Origin: Octopus sinensis
Lineage: Eukaryota
Assembly: GCF_006345805.1 (NCBI RefSeq)
Contig: NC_043003.1
Span: forward strand, 108,004,001 to 108,068,000
Direction: 5' to 3'
DNA: 64,000 nt
Of the stretch, positions 14,021 through 28,207 are shown piece by piece (position 1 is the stretch's first letter; every line of letters begins with the position of its first letter). The notes under the pieces were generated by a model. It saw only the letters and a program-made list of their open reading frames with translations. It was not told the origin of the DNA and ran no database searches. Both the position numbers and the translations under genes were made by a program.

Positions 14021-14719
14021 CATTTTTCTCTCCCTTTCCTCACTCTCTATCTGCATATGAGTATTATCATGTTTGATTGTATGAGTTTGTTTTGTGTCAG
14101 TGTTTTTTTCTCTATGTGTATGTGTGCATGCATATTTCTATAATTCCAAGTGTGTGTGCGAGCGCGCGAATGTGTGTGTGTGTGCGTGTACATGCTTTTG
14201 TCTGTATGTTTCATGTCTATGCAGTGTCTGTTTATGTCATTGCTTCTCTCTCTCTCTCCTCTTTCTCTCACTCTCACACACACACTCTTCGCGTGTGTAG
14301 TTGTGTGAACATTTCTTTGTGTGCATGTCTTTCAGTATGTGTGTGGCTGTATGTGTGAATGCTTCTTTATATATATACATTCTCTCTGAGTGGGTGAACA
14401 CTTGTGTATACGTGCGTCTGTATACCAGTCACTCTATCTTATCCATATGAATGCACGCATGTGTGTCTGTATTGTGTGTGTGTGTGTCTACCTCCCCATA
14501 TAGCACTCTTGACCCTTTTTATACCGTTTAGTGCCCCGCTATTTCTTTCTCTCTTTCTTAATGAGCCCGTAGCCATTGCTTTAACTTCCCCCTCTTTTCT
14601 TTTCTCTATCCGATTTTCATCGTACCTGTGTTTATCTATCTATCGTTCTTTATCGCCCCACTTGTGTTTATGTGTGTATTTTTGAAAATGACTATATACA
14701 GAGAAGTTTATATATATAT

Positions 14720-15018
14720 CACCGTGCTCACCGTGACCGACCAGGCTATCAGGTGTTGCTACACTTCGCTGGTCACAATGCGCTTCGTATTGTTTTAGCT
14801 TTCAAATGACGCCGCCCCGCTGGCTAAGTGAGCAGGCCAACGGAAGAAAGAGAGAGAGAGAAAGTTGTGGCGAAAGAGTACAGCAGAGATCACCACCATC
14901 CTCTGCCGGAGCCTCATGGAGCTTTAGGTGTTTTCGCTCATTACACAATCACAACGCCCGGTCTAGGAATCGAAACCGCGAGTCCACTGCCCTAACCAAT
15001 GGGCCATTGCGCTTCCAC
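14720..15018 (-). mobile_element. tRNA-derived SINE, same head as 5969 and 43627 but a different tail
   Basis: Reverse complement starts gtggaagcgcaatggcccattggttagggcag and shares gagcgaaaacacctaaagctc and actctttcgccacaactttctctc. Confidence 0.88.
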
Positions 15019-15434
15019 ACACACACACATATATATTTATATACTTCCCAGTGTATAGTCATTTTCATTGCCATCTCTCTATCTCTTCTTCTCTCTTTCT
15101 TTCTCTCTCGCTTTGAGATTTTTTATTTCAATATTGTACCTTATTTCGAGGTCGACTGTACCTGTCGTCCTTTCGGTGTCAGTAAAATAAGTACAAGTTA
15201 AACACTGGAGTCAATATAACCGAATTTACCCCTCTCCCGAAATTGCTGGCTTTGTGTCAAAATTTGAAATCAATATTTTCCCCCTATTCTTCTCCCATAC
15301 TTTCTGTTGTTTCTAGACAAATTTTCTTACTTATTGCTCAAGTAAACCTTATCTCTCTCTCCTTTTCACTTTCTCTATTTCCTTCTGCCAGTCTGTCTGT
15401 TTGTCCGTCTGTCTTTCTCTTTCTCCGTTTCTCC

Positions 15435-15561
<127 letters not shown>

Positions 15562-15775
15562 CTGTTTGTATGTTTCTCTCTCTCTCAGTCTCTCTCTCTC
15601 TCACTCACTCCCCCCTCTCTCTCTCTCATACACACACACACTTTCTCAGCCCTTTGGAATTTCTACAAAAGAAACTGCTTTCATTCCATCTTTTTCTTTC
15701 ACTGTTTCTTTGTTCCTAACAATCGCACCTGGTTGTTCTCGTTTACACATCATCTCCGCGCTCTCTTTTTCTCCC

Positions 15776-15826
<51 letters not shown>

Positions 15827-15984
15827 GCCAAAAGAAAACTTGTAAGTAGTAAATTATGTGACGCAACAAGGTATCGAAACCGTATTCTTTGTACAATCAA
15901 CAGTGAAAGCATGGCAATACCGTATAGTTCATTCCTTTTCTTTGTTGTTATACACACCTGGTGAAGTGTTATTAACTGCATACT

Positions 15985-16230
15985 TGTAGAGGCGCGTGGC
16001 TTAGAGATTAAGGTGTTAGACTCATGATCTTAAGATTGTGGTTTCGATTCCTGGACCGGGCGACGCGTTGTGTTCCTGAGCAAAACACTTCATTTCACGT
16101 TGCTCCAGTTCACTCAGCTGGCAAACATGAGTAATCCTGCGACAGACAGGCGTCCCATCCAGGTGGAAAATATATGCCCCAGGGAAACTGGGAAACTGGC
16201 CCTACGAGTCTATAGAAGTCGGAAAAGATC
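15985..16230 (+). mobile_element. tRNA-derived CORE/Meta-like SINE
   Basis: A/B boxes; 17-bp TSD gttattaact(g/t)catact at 15968-15984 and 16231-16247. Confidence 0.9.
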
Positions 16231-16539
16231 GTTATTAACTTCATACTAATAGTGTAATATAGTGTAACTATGTAAATGTCATACAGTACATCGCTAATGT
16301 TGTTGTTTGGCTCCAGGTCAGCTCTATTTGAGTTGACTTAAGATCAAATACTATCAAATCGTAACCACCCTGTCTTTTTAATGTGTTATGCATATGACTA
16401 CTTTATCCAACATGACATTACTTTGTTTTAACACAGTAAGGTGAGCTTTTCTGGTGGATTCAGATATTTAGATATTATCTCTTGTAGGTGGAGTGCCACT
16501 TTAGTCGTTTGTTGTCTCGTAAAATAAAATAGTCACCTC

Positions 16540-17125
16540 TGTTCTAGTGTTTCTGGTAGTGCCGTCTCGAGCTGTAATGTAGTGTAGTAATGAGGTGTTG
16601 TTATACAAGGAAGAACAGTGCAGTAATGCCATGTAAAGTAGTGTTCTAGTGTGGTGTAGCAGTTGAGTTTGGTGTTGTAGCACAATGATGTGCGGTACTG
16701 CAATGCTATGTAGTGCAGTATAGCAATGTGATGTGATAGTGCATTGTCATGCAGTGTAGTAGTGAAGTATTGCTCTAGAGTACGAATGCAGTGTTGAAGT
16801 ACAGTGTAATAGTACAGTGTAATAGTACAGTGTTATGTCGTGTATTTGTACAATGTTCTTGTGCAGTGCTGTTGTACAGTACCTTGCAGTATGGCTCTGT
16901 AAAACAGTATTACAGTGCGTGCAGTATGCTGCTTTGCTGAGGGTCAGTTTCATGGTATGGTGGTATCATACAATTTTGTGGAAATACGCCATGTTACATT
17001 GTACATTTGTACAACACTTTTGTAGTCTTTGTACACTACGACAGTACAGCGTACTGCACTGTTCTCGTACAAGTGTTGCAGTGTTGTGTTGTGCAGTGTT
17101 TTGAGTACTTCATTTAGTGTCATAT
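16540..17125. repeat. Degenerate (GTAGT/GCAGT)-type pentamer satellite
   Basis: Recurrent tgtagt/tgcagt/tacagt words across ~600 bp. Confidence 0.7.
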
Positions 17126-18424
17126 TTTAGGAAAGTGTTTTTTTTATAACCCCAAGGAGATGAATTGTTAGAATCAGAAGAGCAGCAGATAAAATACCTT
17201 GTGGTAATTAGTTTCGTAGCCTTACGTTCTGTTTTCAAATTATGTTGGAGCCAACTTTGTTTCTCATTCTATTAAGGGTCGTTAAAGCATTTGCTACTTA
17301 CATCCTGGATTCCATACAAATGACTGATTCACCTTACTCACCTAGATAAACGTAGTCTCGTGGCTAAATTAATAATTAAATAAAAACTTAGGATTTCAGT
17401 TTGTGACAATATTTTCATATAAACTCCATGATTAATAATTTATTCCGCCCCTCTGGCACGGCGTGAAGATAACATCATTGTGAGAATGTCGTTATTGTAG
17501 ACAGCAACAAACGCAGTAACAACTAATACTGTTTCGTGTCGGTTCCGAAACTGTCAAAGGTATCCGAAACTGTTAAAGGTATCCGAAACTGTTAAAGGGA
17601 CAGAAAACAAAACAAGCAATGGTACAAAACAATTTATTTTCTGTGTAAGAAAGAAACTGAAGAGTGCTAAGCGTTTTACACAATCATCCTTTGTCAAGGG
17701 ACAAGAAAGATTTTGAATGATGTTTTTCAGCAGAAACTCCCTATTATTATAGTTCAGTTTGTTTGAAGGGAGCATTTCTATCCCTATATCCTCACACCCT
17801 TCTCTTCCACCTGCTCCTTGTAATTCATTAGTGTGCTTACTGTTGTTATAGAACTACAAAAGCATAGATGTAGTTTATACACATACAAATGTCCTAAAGT
17901 AGAATTCAACCTAGTGTAGGTTCTAATTTCTCGCTATAATTATAATATATATAGGAGCACTCCGTCGGTTACGACGATGAGGGCTAATTATAATGCATCA
18001 CTGCTAACACCGCCTCTATTCAATACACCCAATCATATGAAACATCATATGTCACTGTTTTTACCGCGTTTGTTTGCTTCATTTAGTTATTTCAGCGTTC
18101 ACTCTGGTATCTCAGAAACTAGTGAAGTTAGGAAGCTCAATATTTCAATTAAGGATTAAGTAGGATGAATAAAAAATAATTATATCTTTCACTAGTTTTC
18201 CTTACTTTTATTTTTCAGTTATTAGGCAGTTATTTTGGATATGAAGGATACGTACCTCAGCTGTCTTCACCACGTTACATGCTAAGTGAGTGACACAAAC
18301 CAAAGTCAGAAAAAATTGTAAAAGAACCACAACAGAAATATGCTAACATCCACATTACAGTTTCTTACCAGCATTAGCGGTACTAAAAGTTAGTCGTGTA
18401 AATTCATGCCAAATGTTGGTTATA

Positions 18425-18830
18425 TTTTATTTTATTCTGTTACTTGCTTCAGTCATTAAACTGCAGTCATGCTGATACACCACTTTGAAGGGTTTAGACG
18501 AAGAAATCAACCTCAGCATTTGTTTTAAGTCAGATGATTATCTTGTCGATCTCACTGTGCCGAACTGCAGTATTTTCGGAGGCATAAACAAACTGACACC
18601 AGTTGGCAGTCGGTGGAGGAATGTCAAACACAATAAAAGCATACACGCACACGCACAAACGTATACACGACAGGCTTCCGTACAGGTTCTGTCTATCATA
18701 TTCACTCATTAGGCACTGGTTGGATGGGTTCAATAGTAGAAATATTTGTTCAAGGTGCCATGCAGTGGGACTGAACTCGAAACTACATGATTGCGAAGTA
18801 AATTTCTTAACCACACAACCACTCCAGTGC
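18425..18830 (-). mobile_element. tRNA-derived CORE-type SINE
   Basis: Minus-strand head ...ttcagtcccactgcatggcaccttgaacaa and tail tgactgaagcaagtaa. Family copies at ~20575-20940, ~21570-21910 and ~60130-60520 (minus) and ~36335-36500 (plus, partial). Confidence 0.85.
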
Positions 18831-19109
18831 TTAGAAAAGAGAAAGAAATTTCCGTTCCGGGTTTACCTGGATAAGAGGCCATTCTAGCCATTGGCATAGC
18901 AGGCTCTTCCTGGTTCTTCACTCGTTAACTTCTTGGTTGAATTTAATAAAATGGATCTTAGGGTATATATTAAACTTATTCTGTAGACTGAACTGAACAC
19001 TTCTATTTCTTTCTTATCATTTCATTCCAGTTACTAACACATCTGAGACATGCATTAACATAGCTACATGAATATTTAATCTTATAAAATCAAAGCAGTT
19101 CATTATTAT

Positions 19110-20180
19110 AGCGGTGAACTGGTAGAAGCGTTAGCCAGCTGGACGAAATGCTTAGCGCTATTTCACCCGTCACTACGTTCTGAGTTCAATTTCCTCCGAG
19201 GTCGACTTTGCCTTTCACCTTTTCGGGGTCGATAAATTAAGTACCAGTGAAACATTGAGGTCGATGTAATCGACTAGTCCCCTCCCCATAAATCTGAGGC
19301 TTTGTGCCTCCAGTAGAAACAATTATTATTGCGGCGAGATGGCAGAATCGTTAGCAAGCTGGACGAAATGTTTAGCAGTATTTCACCCGTCGTTACGTTC
19401 TGAGTTCAAATTCCGCCGAGGTCGACTTTGCCTTTCATCCTTTCAAGATTGATGAAATAAGTACCAATTAAGCAGTGGGGTCGATATAATCGACTGTACC
19501 CCTCCCACAAAATTTAAGGCCTTGTGTCTATAATAGAAAGAATTATTATAGCAAGCTGACAGAATCGTTAGCGTGTCTGAAAGTGTGCTATACGGCATTT
19601 TTTGCGGTTCATTATGTTCTGAGTTCAAATTCCGCTGAGGTCGACTTTGACTTCCATCCTTTAGAAGTCGACAGAAAAGTAACAATTGAGCACCCGGGTT
19701 GATGTAATTCACTAACCCTCTCCTACAAAATTTCCGGCCTTGTGCCTACAGCAGAAAGAATTACATCCGAGCTGACATAATCATTAGCTCATCGGAAAAA
19801 ATACTAAGCGGCATTTCTTCCGGATCTTTACGTTCTGAGTTCAAATTCTATCGGGATCAGCTTTGCATTTCAATCTTTAAGAAGTCGATAAAGAAGCAAT
19901 CGTGTAATAGGCTCGATAGCATCGATTAAATTCTCCCTTGAAAACTGCTGGTTTTGTGCCTAAATCAAAGATCATTATCGTAGATGATCAGAAATGCAGC
20001 AAGCTGGCAGAAATGATAAAGCATCAGAAAGAATATCATGCAGTATTCATTCCCGCCGTTTACATTCTGAGTTCAAATTTTCCTCTTTTTATTTTTTATA
20101 CGAGTCAAGCACTTGGATCGATGGTATTGACTAATCCTTCCCCTCAAAACTGCTGCCCTTCTGCCTAAATTAGAAACAGT
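19110..20180 (+). repeat. Head-to-tail array of five ~220-bp SINE units
   Basis: Unit starts at ~19111, 19331, 19551, 19768 and 19999; each contains ttctgagttcaa and most end in an aattattat-like tail. Confidence 0.9.
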
Positions 20181-20195
20181 TATTATGGTTACCGA

Positions 20196-20452
20196 GTGGA
20201 GGCGTGTGGCTTAGTGGTTAAGGTGTCAGCATCATCATCGTAAGATTGTGGTTTCGATTCCTGGACCGGGTGACACGTTGTGTTCCTGAGCAAAACACTG
20301 CATTTCACGTTGCTCCAGTCCACTCAGATGGCAAAATGAGTAACGCTGCGACGGACTGTCGTTTCGTTCAGCTGGGGAACACATACGCCACAGAAACCGG
20401 GAAACCGGGCCCATGAGCCTGGCTAGGCTTTAAAAGGGCACATTTATTTATT
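20196..20452 (+). mobile_element. tRNA-derived CORE/Meta-like SINE
   Basis: A/B boxes; 16-bp TSD ttattat(g/a)gttaccga at 20180-20195 and 20453-20468. Related copies at ~21130-21330 (minus), ~24955-25170 and ~61845-62000. Confidence 0.9.
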
Positions 20453-21957
20453 TTATTATAGTTACCGAAAGTTAATTAGGAACAGGCAATACTTTGCTCT
20501 CTGGTTTACTGTACTTCAACTGTGTCTGAAGTAAACAACATAGCTATAATTTCTATTTCCATTTAGTTATGTGTTTATCTTTTACTTATTTCAGTCATTA
20601 GACTGTGGCCATGCTGGGGCACCGCCTTGAAAAATTTTAATCGAACGAATTGACCCCAATACTTATTATTTTTTTGTTAAGCCTGGTACTTATTCTATTG
20701 GTCTCTGGTACTCATTCTGAGACCTAAGCATACACACGCCAGTTGTCAAGTGGTGGTGATGTTGGGTACAAACACATACACAAAGACATACACGACGTGC
20801 TTCTTTCGTCTACCAAATCCCCTCACAAGCCTTCGATGGGCCTGGGGTTATGGCAGCAAACACTTGCCCAAGGTGCCACGCATTGGGACTGAACTCGGAA
20901 CCATGTGGCTGGGAAGCGAGCTTTTTACCACACAGCCACGTTTGTGTGTATACTTGTCTGTATATGCTTACAGGTATATGTAGGTAGATTTTATTTATTA
21001 TTTTTTACTTTGGGTGTGGTGGTAGGCTTAATTCAAACCAGTCAATACAATGTAGCAAAATGTCTTTGTGTAAGTCATAACAGTTCTCCAGAATTTGTGA
21101 ATATGATTGTGTAAAAAGGAAAATGGATAAAGGTCTTTCCCGCGTCATATAGACTCATAGGGCCGGTTTACCGGTTTCCGTGGCGCATATATTCCACTCT
21201 AGTCCGGATGCTGATCCGTCGCAGGATTACTCATTTTTGTCAGCTGAGCGGACTTGTGCAGCGGGAAGTATTTTGCGTGAAGTATTTCGCTCATGGGTCT
21301 AACACCCTAATTACTAAGTCACGCGACTTCACATAGATGTTCGATATTTCAATATGAACGGGTGTTTACACGCCAAAGTATGTTTTTAAAATGCCTGTGC
21401 GAAGCGTGAATACGCTTCGTCAGTTACATGTGTTTTGTGTATAGTGTTAATTTGGCGTATTTCGCATATGAGTGATTTCATATGGAAATGGAAATGTGTA
21501 CGTATTGTTGTGTGCGCATGTGATTGTGTGTGTGTTCGTTATAGGCAATATTAATGTTTTTTTTTATTATTTGTTTTAATCATTGGACTACTGCCATACA
21601 GAGGCACCACTTTCGAAGGTGTTCAGCCGAACAAATTGCCCTCAGTACAAATTTTTTAAAAGTATATCACTTAACATATCGGACTCATTAGTCGAACCGC
21701 GAAATTACGAAGACGTAAACAAAGCGACTCCAGTTATCAAGCGATGGAGGGGGTACAAGCACAAACACACATACACACATATACTCAGTTTCCGAATACT
21801 AAATTCCCCCACAAGAAATTGGTCAGCAGATACTTTCCCACTACCGCGCAGTGTGACTGAACCCAAAACCACGTGGTTGCAAAATAAGCTTCTTAACTAC
21901 ACAGCAATGAGGACTTTCCTCAGAATGTTTTGCCAATTTTCGAGTGAATTTGGAGAG

Positions 21958-22643
21958 TATGTATGTATATGTGTGTGTGTGTATGTATGTATGTGTGTGT
22001 ATGTATGTGTGTGTATGTGTGTGTATGTATGTATGTATGTATGTATGTATGTATATGTAAGTATGCATGGACGTATATGTGTATGCATGCATATATGTAT
22101 ATATATATATGTGTGTGTGTGTGTGTATGTATAAGTACGTATGCATGTTTGTATGGTATGTATGTAGGCATGTATATGTGTGCGCATGAATATATATATA
22201 TATATATATATATATAAGTACGTAAATATGTGTATATGTAAGCAAGTATGTATGCTTCTATGTATATATGTATGCATGAGTAAGTACGTCTGTATGTATG
22301 TATGTATGTATGTATGTATGTATGTATGTATGTATGCATGTATGTATGTATGTATCTATGCATGTATGTATGTATGTATGTATGTATGCATGTATGTATG
22401 TATGTATGTATGTATGTATGAATGTATGTATGTATGTATGTATGTATGTATGTATGTGTGTATGTGAATAGCTAACGTTGATTTCGAATGAGTAAACTTT
22501 GCAGTATCTATTTCATGTATGACTGTACTAAATAATAAAGATATCTTTTTACGTGTGTACAGCCACATTTGTGTGTTGTTTGTGCGTATATATGTGTGTG
22601 TGGGTAAATGTATGTATGTTTACAGATAGATAGAGAGACAGAC

Positions 22644-22706
<63 letters not shown>

Positions 22707-22718
22707 TAGACGATAGAC

Positions 22719-22778
<60 letters not shown>

Positions 22779-22856
22779 GGGTAGACAGAGAGATAGACAT
22801 ATAACGATGTATACATACTCTCAGATATATACATGCATACCTACACGCACACATAC

Positions 22857-22887
<31 letters not shown>

Positions 22888-23018
22888 AATAGACAGACAG
22901 AAAGATAGACAGATGGCTTGCGGGATAGAGGAATGGACAAATAGATTAATAGTGGGATGAATACATGTGTCTATGTACACGTATGTGTGTGTGTGTGTGT
23001 GTGTGTGTCTATGTACAC

Positions 23019-23060
<42 letters not shown>

Positions 23061-23086
23061 ACACGTCTGTGTGTGTGTGTGTGTGT
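21958..23086. repeat. (TATG)n, (GACA)n/(GATA)n and (TG)n microsatellites
   Basis: Directly visible. Confidence 0.95.
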
Positions 23087-23291
23087 AATGATCCACAACA
23101 TTTATTTGGATCGTCGAGGCATATAACAATGTTTTCATTTTCCTGTTAATGTTCTGTAATATCACTATCCACATTTCTCCAGAGTACATGTTAATACAAC
23201 GGTGGATGCGTAGATAATGCTGTCGATGGGGAACGTACAGAATGAAAATGAAATGATTCTGTTCGGAATTGAAACCAGATCGCCAACTCAC

Positions 23292-23419
23292 TTCTTGTTA
23301 ATTCGCCGGAATTTTACCTTCGCACCAGGTCGATCGGCTGTCACGCGCAGTCGAAGTGATGTCCCGGTAGTAGTAATAAACCTTACTTTCTCTAACACAT
23401 CAGGTGACCCTACTCGACC
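23292..23419 (-). CDS. Candidate internal exon (128 nt, phase 0->2): GRVGSPDVLEKVRFITTTGTSLRLRVTADRPGAKVKFRRINK
   Basis: Acceptor gttgtag, consensus donor gtgagt, open frame, GC-richer non-repetitive island. In phase with the exon at 28208-28342. Confidence 0.6.
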
Positions 23420-23632
23420 CTACAACCTTTGACCCAAGACAACATCCGGGATGTGATAGCTGGAGAGGAAGGAGGGAAGTACCAAGTACGGGGCAAGTAC
23501 TTTATTTAGCGATGCTAAAGGAACGAAACACAATATTCACCCGAGCGGAATAACAATTCGGAGCGCGAAGAACCGGAACAAATATCACGTGGTAACCTGA
23601 CGGACGCTCTAATGATTCTGACAATCAACTAC

Positions 23633-24561
23633 ATATGTATGTACGTATGTATGTATGTATGTATGTATGTATGTATGTATGTATGTATGTATGTATGTAT
23701 GTATGTATGTATGTATGTATGTTTGTATGTACGTATGTCTGGTATGTATGTATGTATGTATGTTGTCTTTATGTATGTATGTATGTATGTATGTATGTAT
23801 GTATGTTTGTATGTATGTATGTATGTATGTATGTATGTATGTATGTAGTATATGTATGTATGTTTGTATGTACGTATCGTATGTATGTAATGTATGTACG
23901 TATGTATGTATGTATGTATGTATGTATGTATGTATTATGTATGTATGTATGTATGTATTTATGTTGTATGTATGTATGTATGAATGTATGTGTGTATGTG
24001 TGTATGTGTTGTTGTATGTATGTATGCATGTATGTATGTTGTATGCATGTATGTATGCATGTATGTATGTAGTAGTATGTATGCATGTGTGTATGCATGT
24101 ATGTATATATGTAGTATAGTATGTATTGTATGTAAAGTGTGTATGTATATGTATGTATGTATGTTATGTATGTATGTATGTTTGTATGTACGTATGTTGT
24201 ATGTATGTATGTATGTATGTTGTATGTATTATGTATGTATGTAGTATGTTATGTATGTATGTTTGTATGTATGTATGTTGTATGTATGTATGTTGTATGT
24301 ATGTATGTATTTTTATGTACGTATGTATGTATGTATGTATGTATGTACGTTGTATGTATGTATGTATTATGTATGGTATGTATGTATTATGTATGTATGT
24401 ATGTTGTATTTATGTATGTATGTATGTATGTATGAATGTATGTGTGTATGTGTGTATGTGTGTATGTATGTATGTATGCATGTATGTATGTATGTATGCA
24501 TGTATGTATGCATGTATGTATGTATGTATGTATGTATTATGCATGTGTGTATGCATGTATG

Positions 24562-24595
<34 letters not shown>

Positions 24596-24715
24596 TGTGT
24601 GTATGTATTATGTATGTATGTATGTATTATGTATGTATGTATGTATGTATGTATGTATGCAAGTCTGCACGCGTGTGTGTATGTATATATAAATGTATGT
24701 ATGTATGTATGTATG

Positions 24716-24746
<31 letters not shown>

Positions 24747-25490
24747 GTCTGCACGCGTGTGTGGTATATATATATATATAAATGTATGTATGTATGCACG
24801 AATGTATGAATGTATGTATGTCTGTATGTATGTATGAATGCATGAATGAACTTATGTATGTATACATAAATGTATGTATGTATACATAAATGTATGTATG
24901 TATATATAAATGTATGTATATTTATATGTATTTATGCGTGCATGTATGTATGTCTGCATGGCTTAGTGGTTAGGGGAGTTGTATCCATTATCGTAAGATT
25001 ACGGTTTCGATTCCTGGACTGAGCGATGCGTTGTGTTTTTGAGCAAAACATCTCATTTCACGTTGCTCTAGTCCACTCAGTTGAGAAAATCACTAACCGC
25101 ACCGTTTAGGGTTAGGGAGCAATTTAAACGCCACAGAATCATTGAAACCGGTTGCATGAGCCTACGATTCGCCAAACCGATCTTTTTTGAAATGTATTGT
25201 ATGTATGTATGTATGTATGTATGTAGGTATGTATGTATGTATGTATGTATGTATGTTATGTATGATGTAGTATGTATTGTATGTATGTATGTATGATGTA
25301 TGTATGTATGGTATGTATGTATGTATGTATGTATGTATGTATGTATGTATTGTATGTATGTATGTATGTATGTATGTATGTATGTATGTATGTATGCATG
25401 CAATCATGCATGCGTGTTGTGTGTGTGTGCGTGCGTGCGTGCGGTGTGTGTATGTATGCCTGTATACATGCATGCATGCATGCATGTATG
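23633..25490. repeat. Long imperfect (TATG)n array with embedded SINE (~24955-25170)
   Basis: Directly visible. Confidence 0.95.
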
Positions 25491-25599
25491 TATTAGTAAG
25501 CAAATAATGTACATATATGTAGGGGAGAATTCACAAAAAATAGTCGAAGACAGGTGGTGTAGACAAAAACAGATGTAATAGTTGAACACTCGGGAAGTG

Positions 25600-25699
25600 N
25601 NNNNNNNNNNNNNNNNNNNNNNNNNNNNNNNNNNNNNNNNNNNNNNNNNNNNNNNNNNNNNNNNNNNNNNNNNNNNNNNNNNNNNNNNNNNNNNNNNNN
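25600..25699. other. Assembly gap (100 N)
   Basis: Run of exactly 100 N, a placeholder size; true length unknown. Confidence 0.99.
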
Positions 25700-25718
25700 T
25701 ATATATATATATATATAT

Positions 25719-25938
25719 AGGCGAGGTGGCAGAATCGTTAGCACGCCGGGCGAAATGCGTAGCCGTATTTCGTCTGCCGTTACGTTCTGAGTTCAAATTC
25801 CGCTGAGGTTGACGTTGCCTTTCATCCTTTCAGGGTCGATATTAAAGTACCAGTTACTCACTGGGGGTCCATGCAATCGACATAATGTCTTTGTTTGTCC
25901 CCCTCTATGTTTAGCCGCTTGTGGGCATTGAAGAAATA
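25719..25938 (+). mobile_element. Nin/Deu-like SINE monomer
   Basis: Same family as 12930; further copies at 31235-31466 and ~33680-33880. Confidence 0.88.
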
Positions 25939-25967
25939 TATAATATATATATGTATATATATTATAT

Positions 25968-26016
<49 letters not shown>

Positions 26017-26679
26017 TATATATATATACATATATATATACACGCATACACATAAACACACATTCATACATGCATACATACATACATATAAATATATATA
26101 TTTGTGTGTGTGTGTGTGCGTATGTATGTGCGTGCGTGTGTATACGCATACATGTATACATACACACATTAATTTCCACTAAGAATCCCATGGAATGTGT
26201 ATCGCAGACTCTGCCTTTCTTCGTCTTCAGAACTAATCACAACATCCGTAACTCGAAGAACTGCTTAAATAATACACGAAAGCGATTTATCAAGAACAAC
26301 AACAGCAACAACAACAACAACAACAACAGTTATAGTGACTACAAGTGTTCAGTATTGTTTTCCTTCCTTCTTACCCTTCTTTCCTCCTTCCTTCTATTCC
26401 CATTCTACCCCCCCACCTCACCCTGCCTCATTCTTATTCTTCGCTTTCTTTCCTTTTGTCGTCGTTCACAGCCACATCAATAGCGACAATGTCAACATCT
26501 TGCCTTATTATCGCATGTATTCATCAACATCACCGCCATCGCTTTCATCTCCCTCATCGTTTTTATTGTCACCAGCGGCATTTGTTGTCAAGCACGAAAT
26601 TAAAAAAGAAAAAAAATAAGAAAAAGTAATAGTAAAATAAATAAGTAAATATAAAAAAAGCATCAATCGGTACAGGTGT

Positions 26680-27432
26680 AACAACAACAACAACAACAAC
26701 AGCAGCAGCAGCAGCATCATCATCATCATCAGCAGCAGCAAGTAAACAAATAAATATATTATATGACGAGCGCGTGTCCAGTTAATACACACCAACAACA
26801 ACAACAGCAACAACAACAGCAGCAGCAGCATCATCATCATCATCATCATCAGCAGCAGCAAGTAAACAAATAAATATATTATATGACGAGCGCTGTAACA
26901 GTAATAACCAACAACAACAACAACAACACAACACGTGAACTGCGGCACTCTCGGATAAAATCAACAATAATAATGACAGCGACAGCAGCAGTAGAAGTCG
27001 CAGCAGTAGCAGTAGTGGGAAAAAGATGACGGTGGTGGTTATGATGGAGGCGATGATGATGATGGTAGTGGTGGTGTTGATGGTGGTTGTTGTGGTGATG
27101 ATGATGATGGTGGTGGTGATGAAGAAGAAGGAAGTAGAACAAAAACAAACAAAAGAATAAAGAGAAGGAAAATAAGGATAAAAAGAAGAGAAAACGAAGA
27201 TGAAGAAGATTAAGAAGGAGAAGAAGAAGAAGAAGAAGAAGAAGAAGAAGAAGAAGAAAAAGAAGAAGAAAAGAAGAAGAAAAAGAAGAAGAAGAAGAAG
27301 AAGAAGAAGAAGAAGAAAAAAGAAGAAGAAAAAGAAGAAGAAGAAGAAGAAGAAGAAAAAGAAGAAGAAAAAGAAGAAGAAGAAGAAGAAGAAGAGAAGA
27401 AGAAGAAGAAGAAGAAGAAAGAGAAGAAGAAA
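26680..27432. repeat. Trinucleotide block (CAA/CAG/CAT, GAT/GGT, GAA) including a ~120-bp tandem duplication
   Basis: agcaagtaaacaaataaatatattatatgacgagcgc occurs at ~26737 and ~26857; (GAA)n at ~27200-27432. Confidence 0.92.
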
Positions 27433-28207
27433 ACAGTCGATGAAATTGATGATGGTATTTCGGCGGTACTTTATTATATCGACCCCAGTATTTAACTGAT
27501 ACTTTATTTACCTCAAGAAGGGTGAGATATTTATTAGTTTGTCCCACTATACTGATTCCATTAATTCGTCACCCTTAAAAATATAAGAAAAAATTCTAAC
27601 AAAGGCTCAAAACCAGAGATTTGACGGGTAATTATTTTGTAATCCCCAGAAGAATGAAAAATAAAGAGCCACCCCAGCAGGATTTGAACGTAAAACGATC
27701 CGACCAAGTACTGTTGAACCACCGGTTTCATTAATATAATAATGATGCGAGCAAACGAGAGAGATTTCTATGTGGCTGCTCGATATGCTAGAAATAGAAG
27801 CTACATCACCGTTATGATACATCTCGTTGTCTTAAAAAAAGACAAACAAAAGAAAAACTGGTGTTATTGGATAATGTGCTTGAAAAGAAAGAAAGAAAAA
27901 ACTGACAGGATGTTCATAGCTAGAACGTCTTTGATCATAGATATTTGTTCGATCACGACTGACCTGAGGCTAAACAGTACTTAATAACAACATGAAATAA
28001 TGATAGCAACTATAACGTATGAATAACCGAAAAGATCGCAGTAATGTCAGCAACGCTAACTGTATCAGAAAAAGAAAAATGTACAAAAGCAATAACGTTA
28101 ATTGTAATACAATAGAAACGGGAGTAATAACTTTATGGACAACGTGAGAGAGAGAGGAAGAAAAAGTAGGAGAAGCGGTGATATTGGAAGAAGAGTTTGT
28201 AACCTAC

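Noticed and set aside
15646-15981. 111-aa minus-strand ORF
   Set aside because: Spans a (GA)n tract; no recognisable motif or donor.
17544-20180. CRISPR-like periodicity (19-bp triple repeat; 220-bp array)
   Set aside because: No unique spacers, no cas genes, eukaryotic context.
26879-27547. Poly-K/R and poly-L/H ORFs
   Set aside because: (GAA)n and (GAT/GGT)n repeats.
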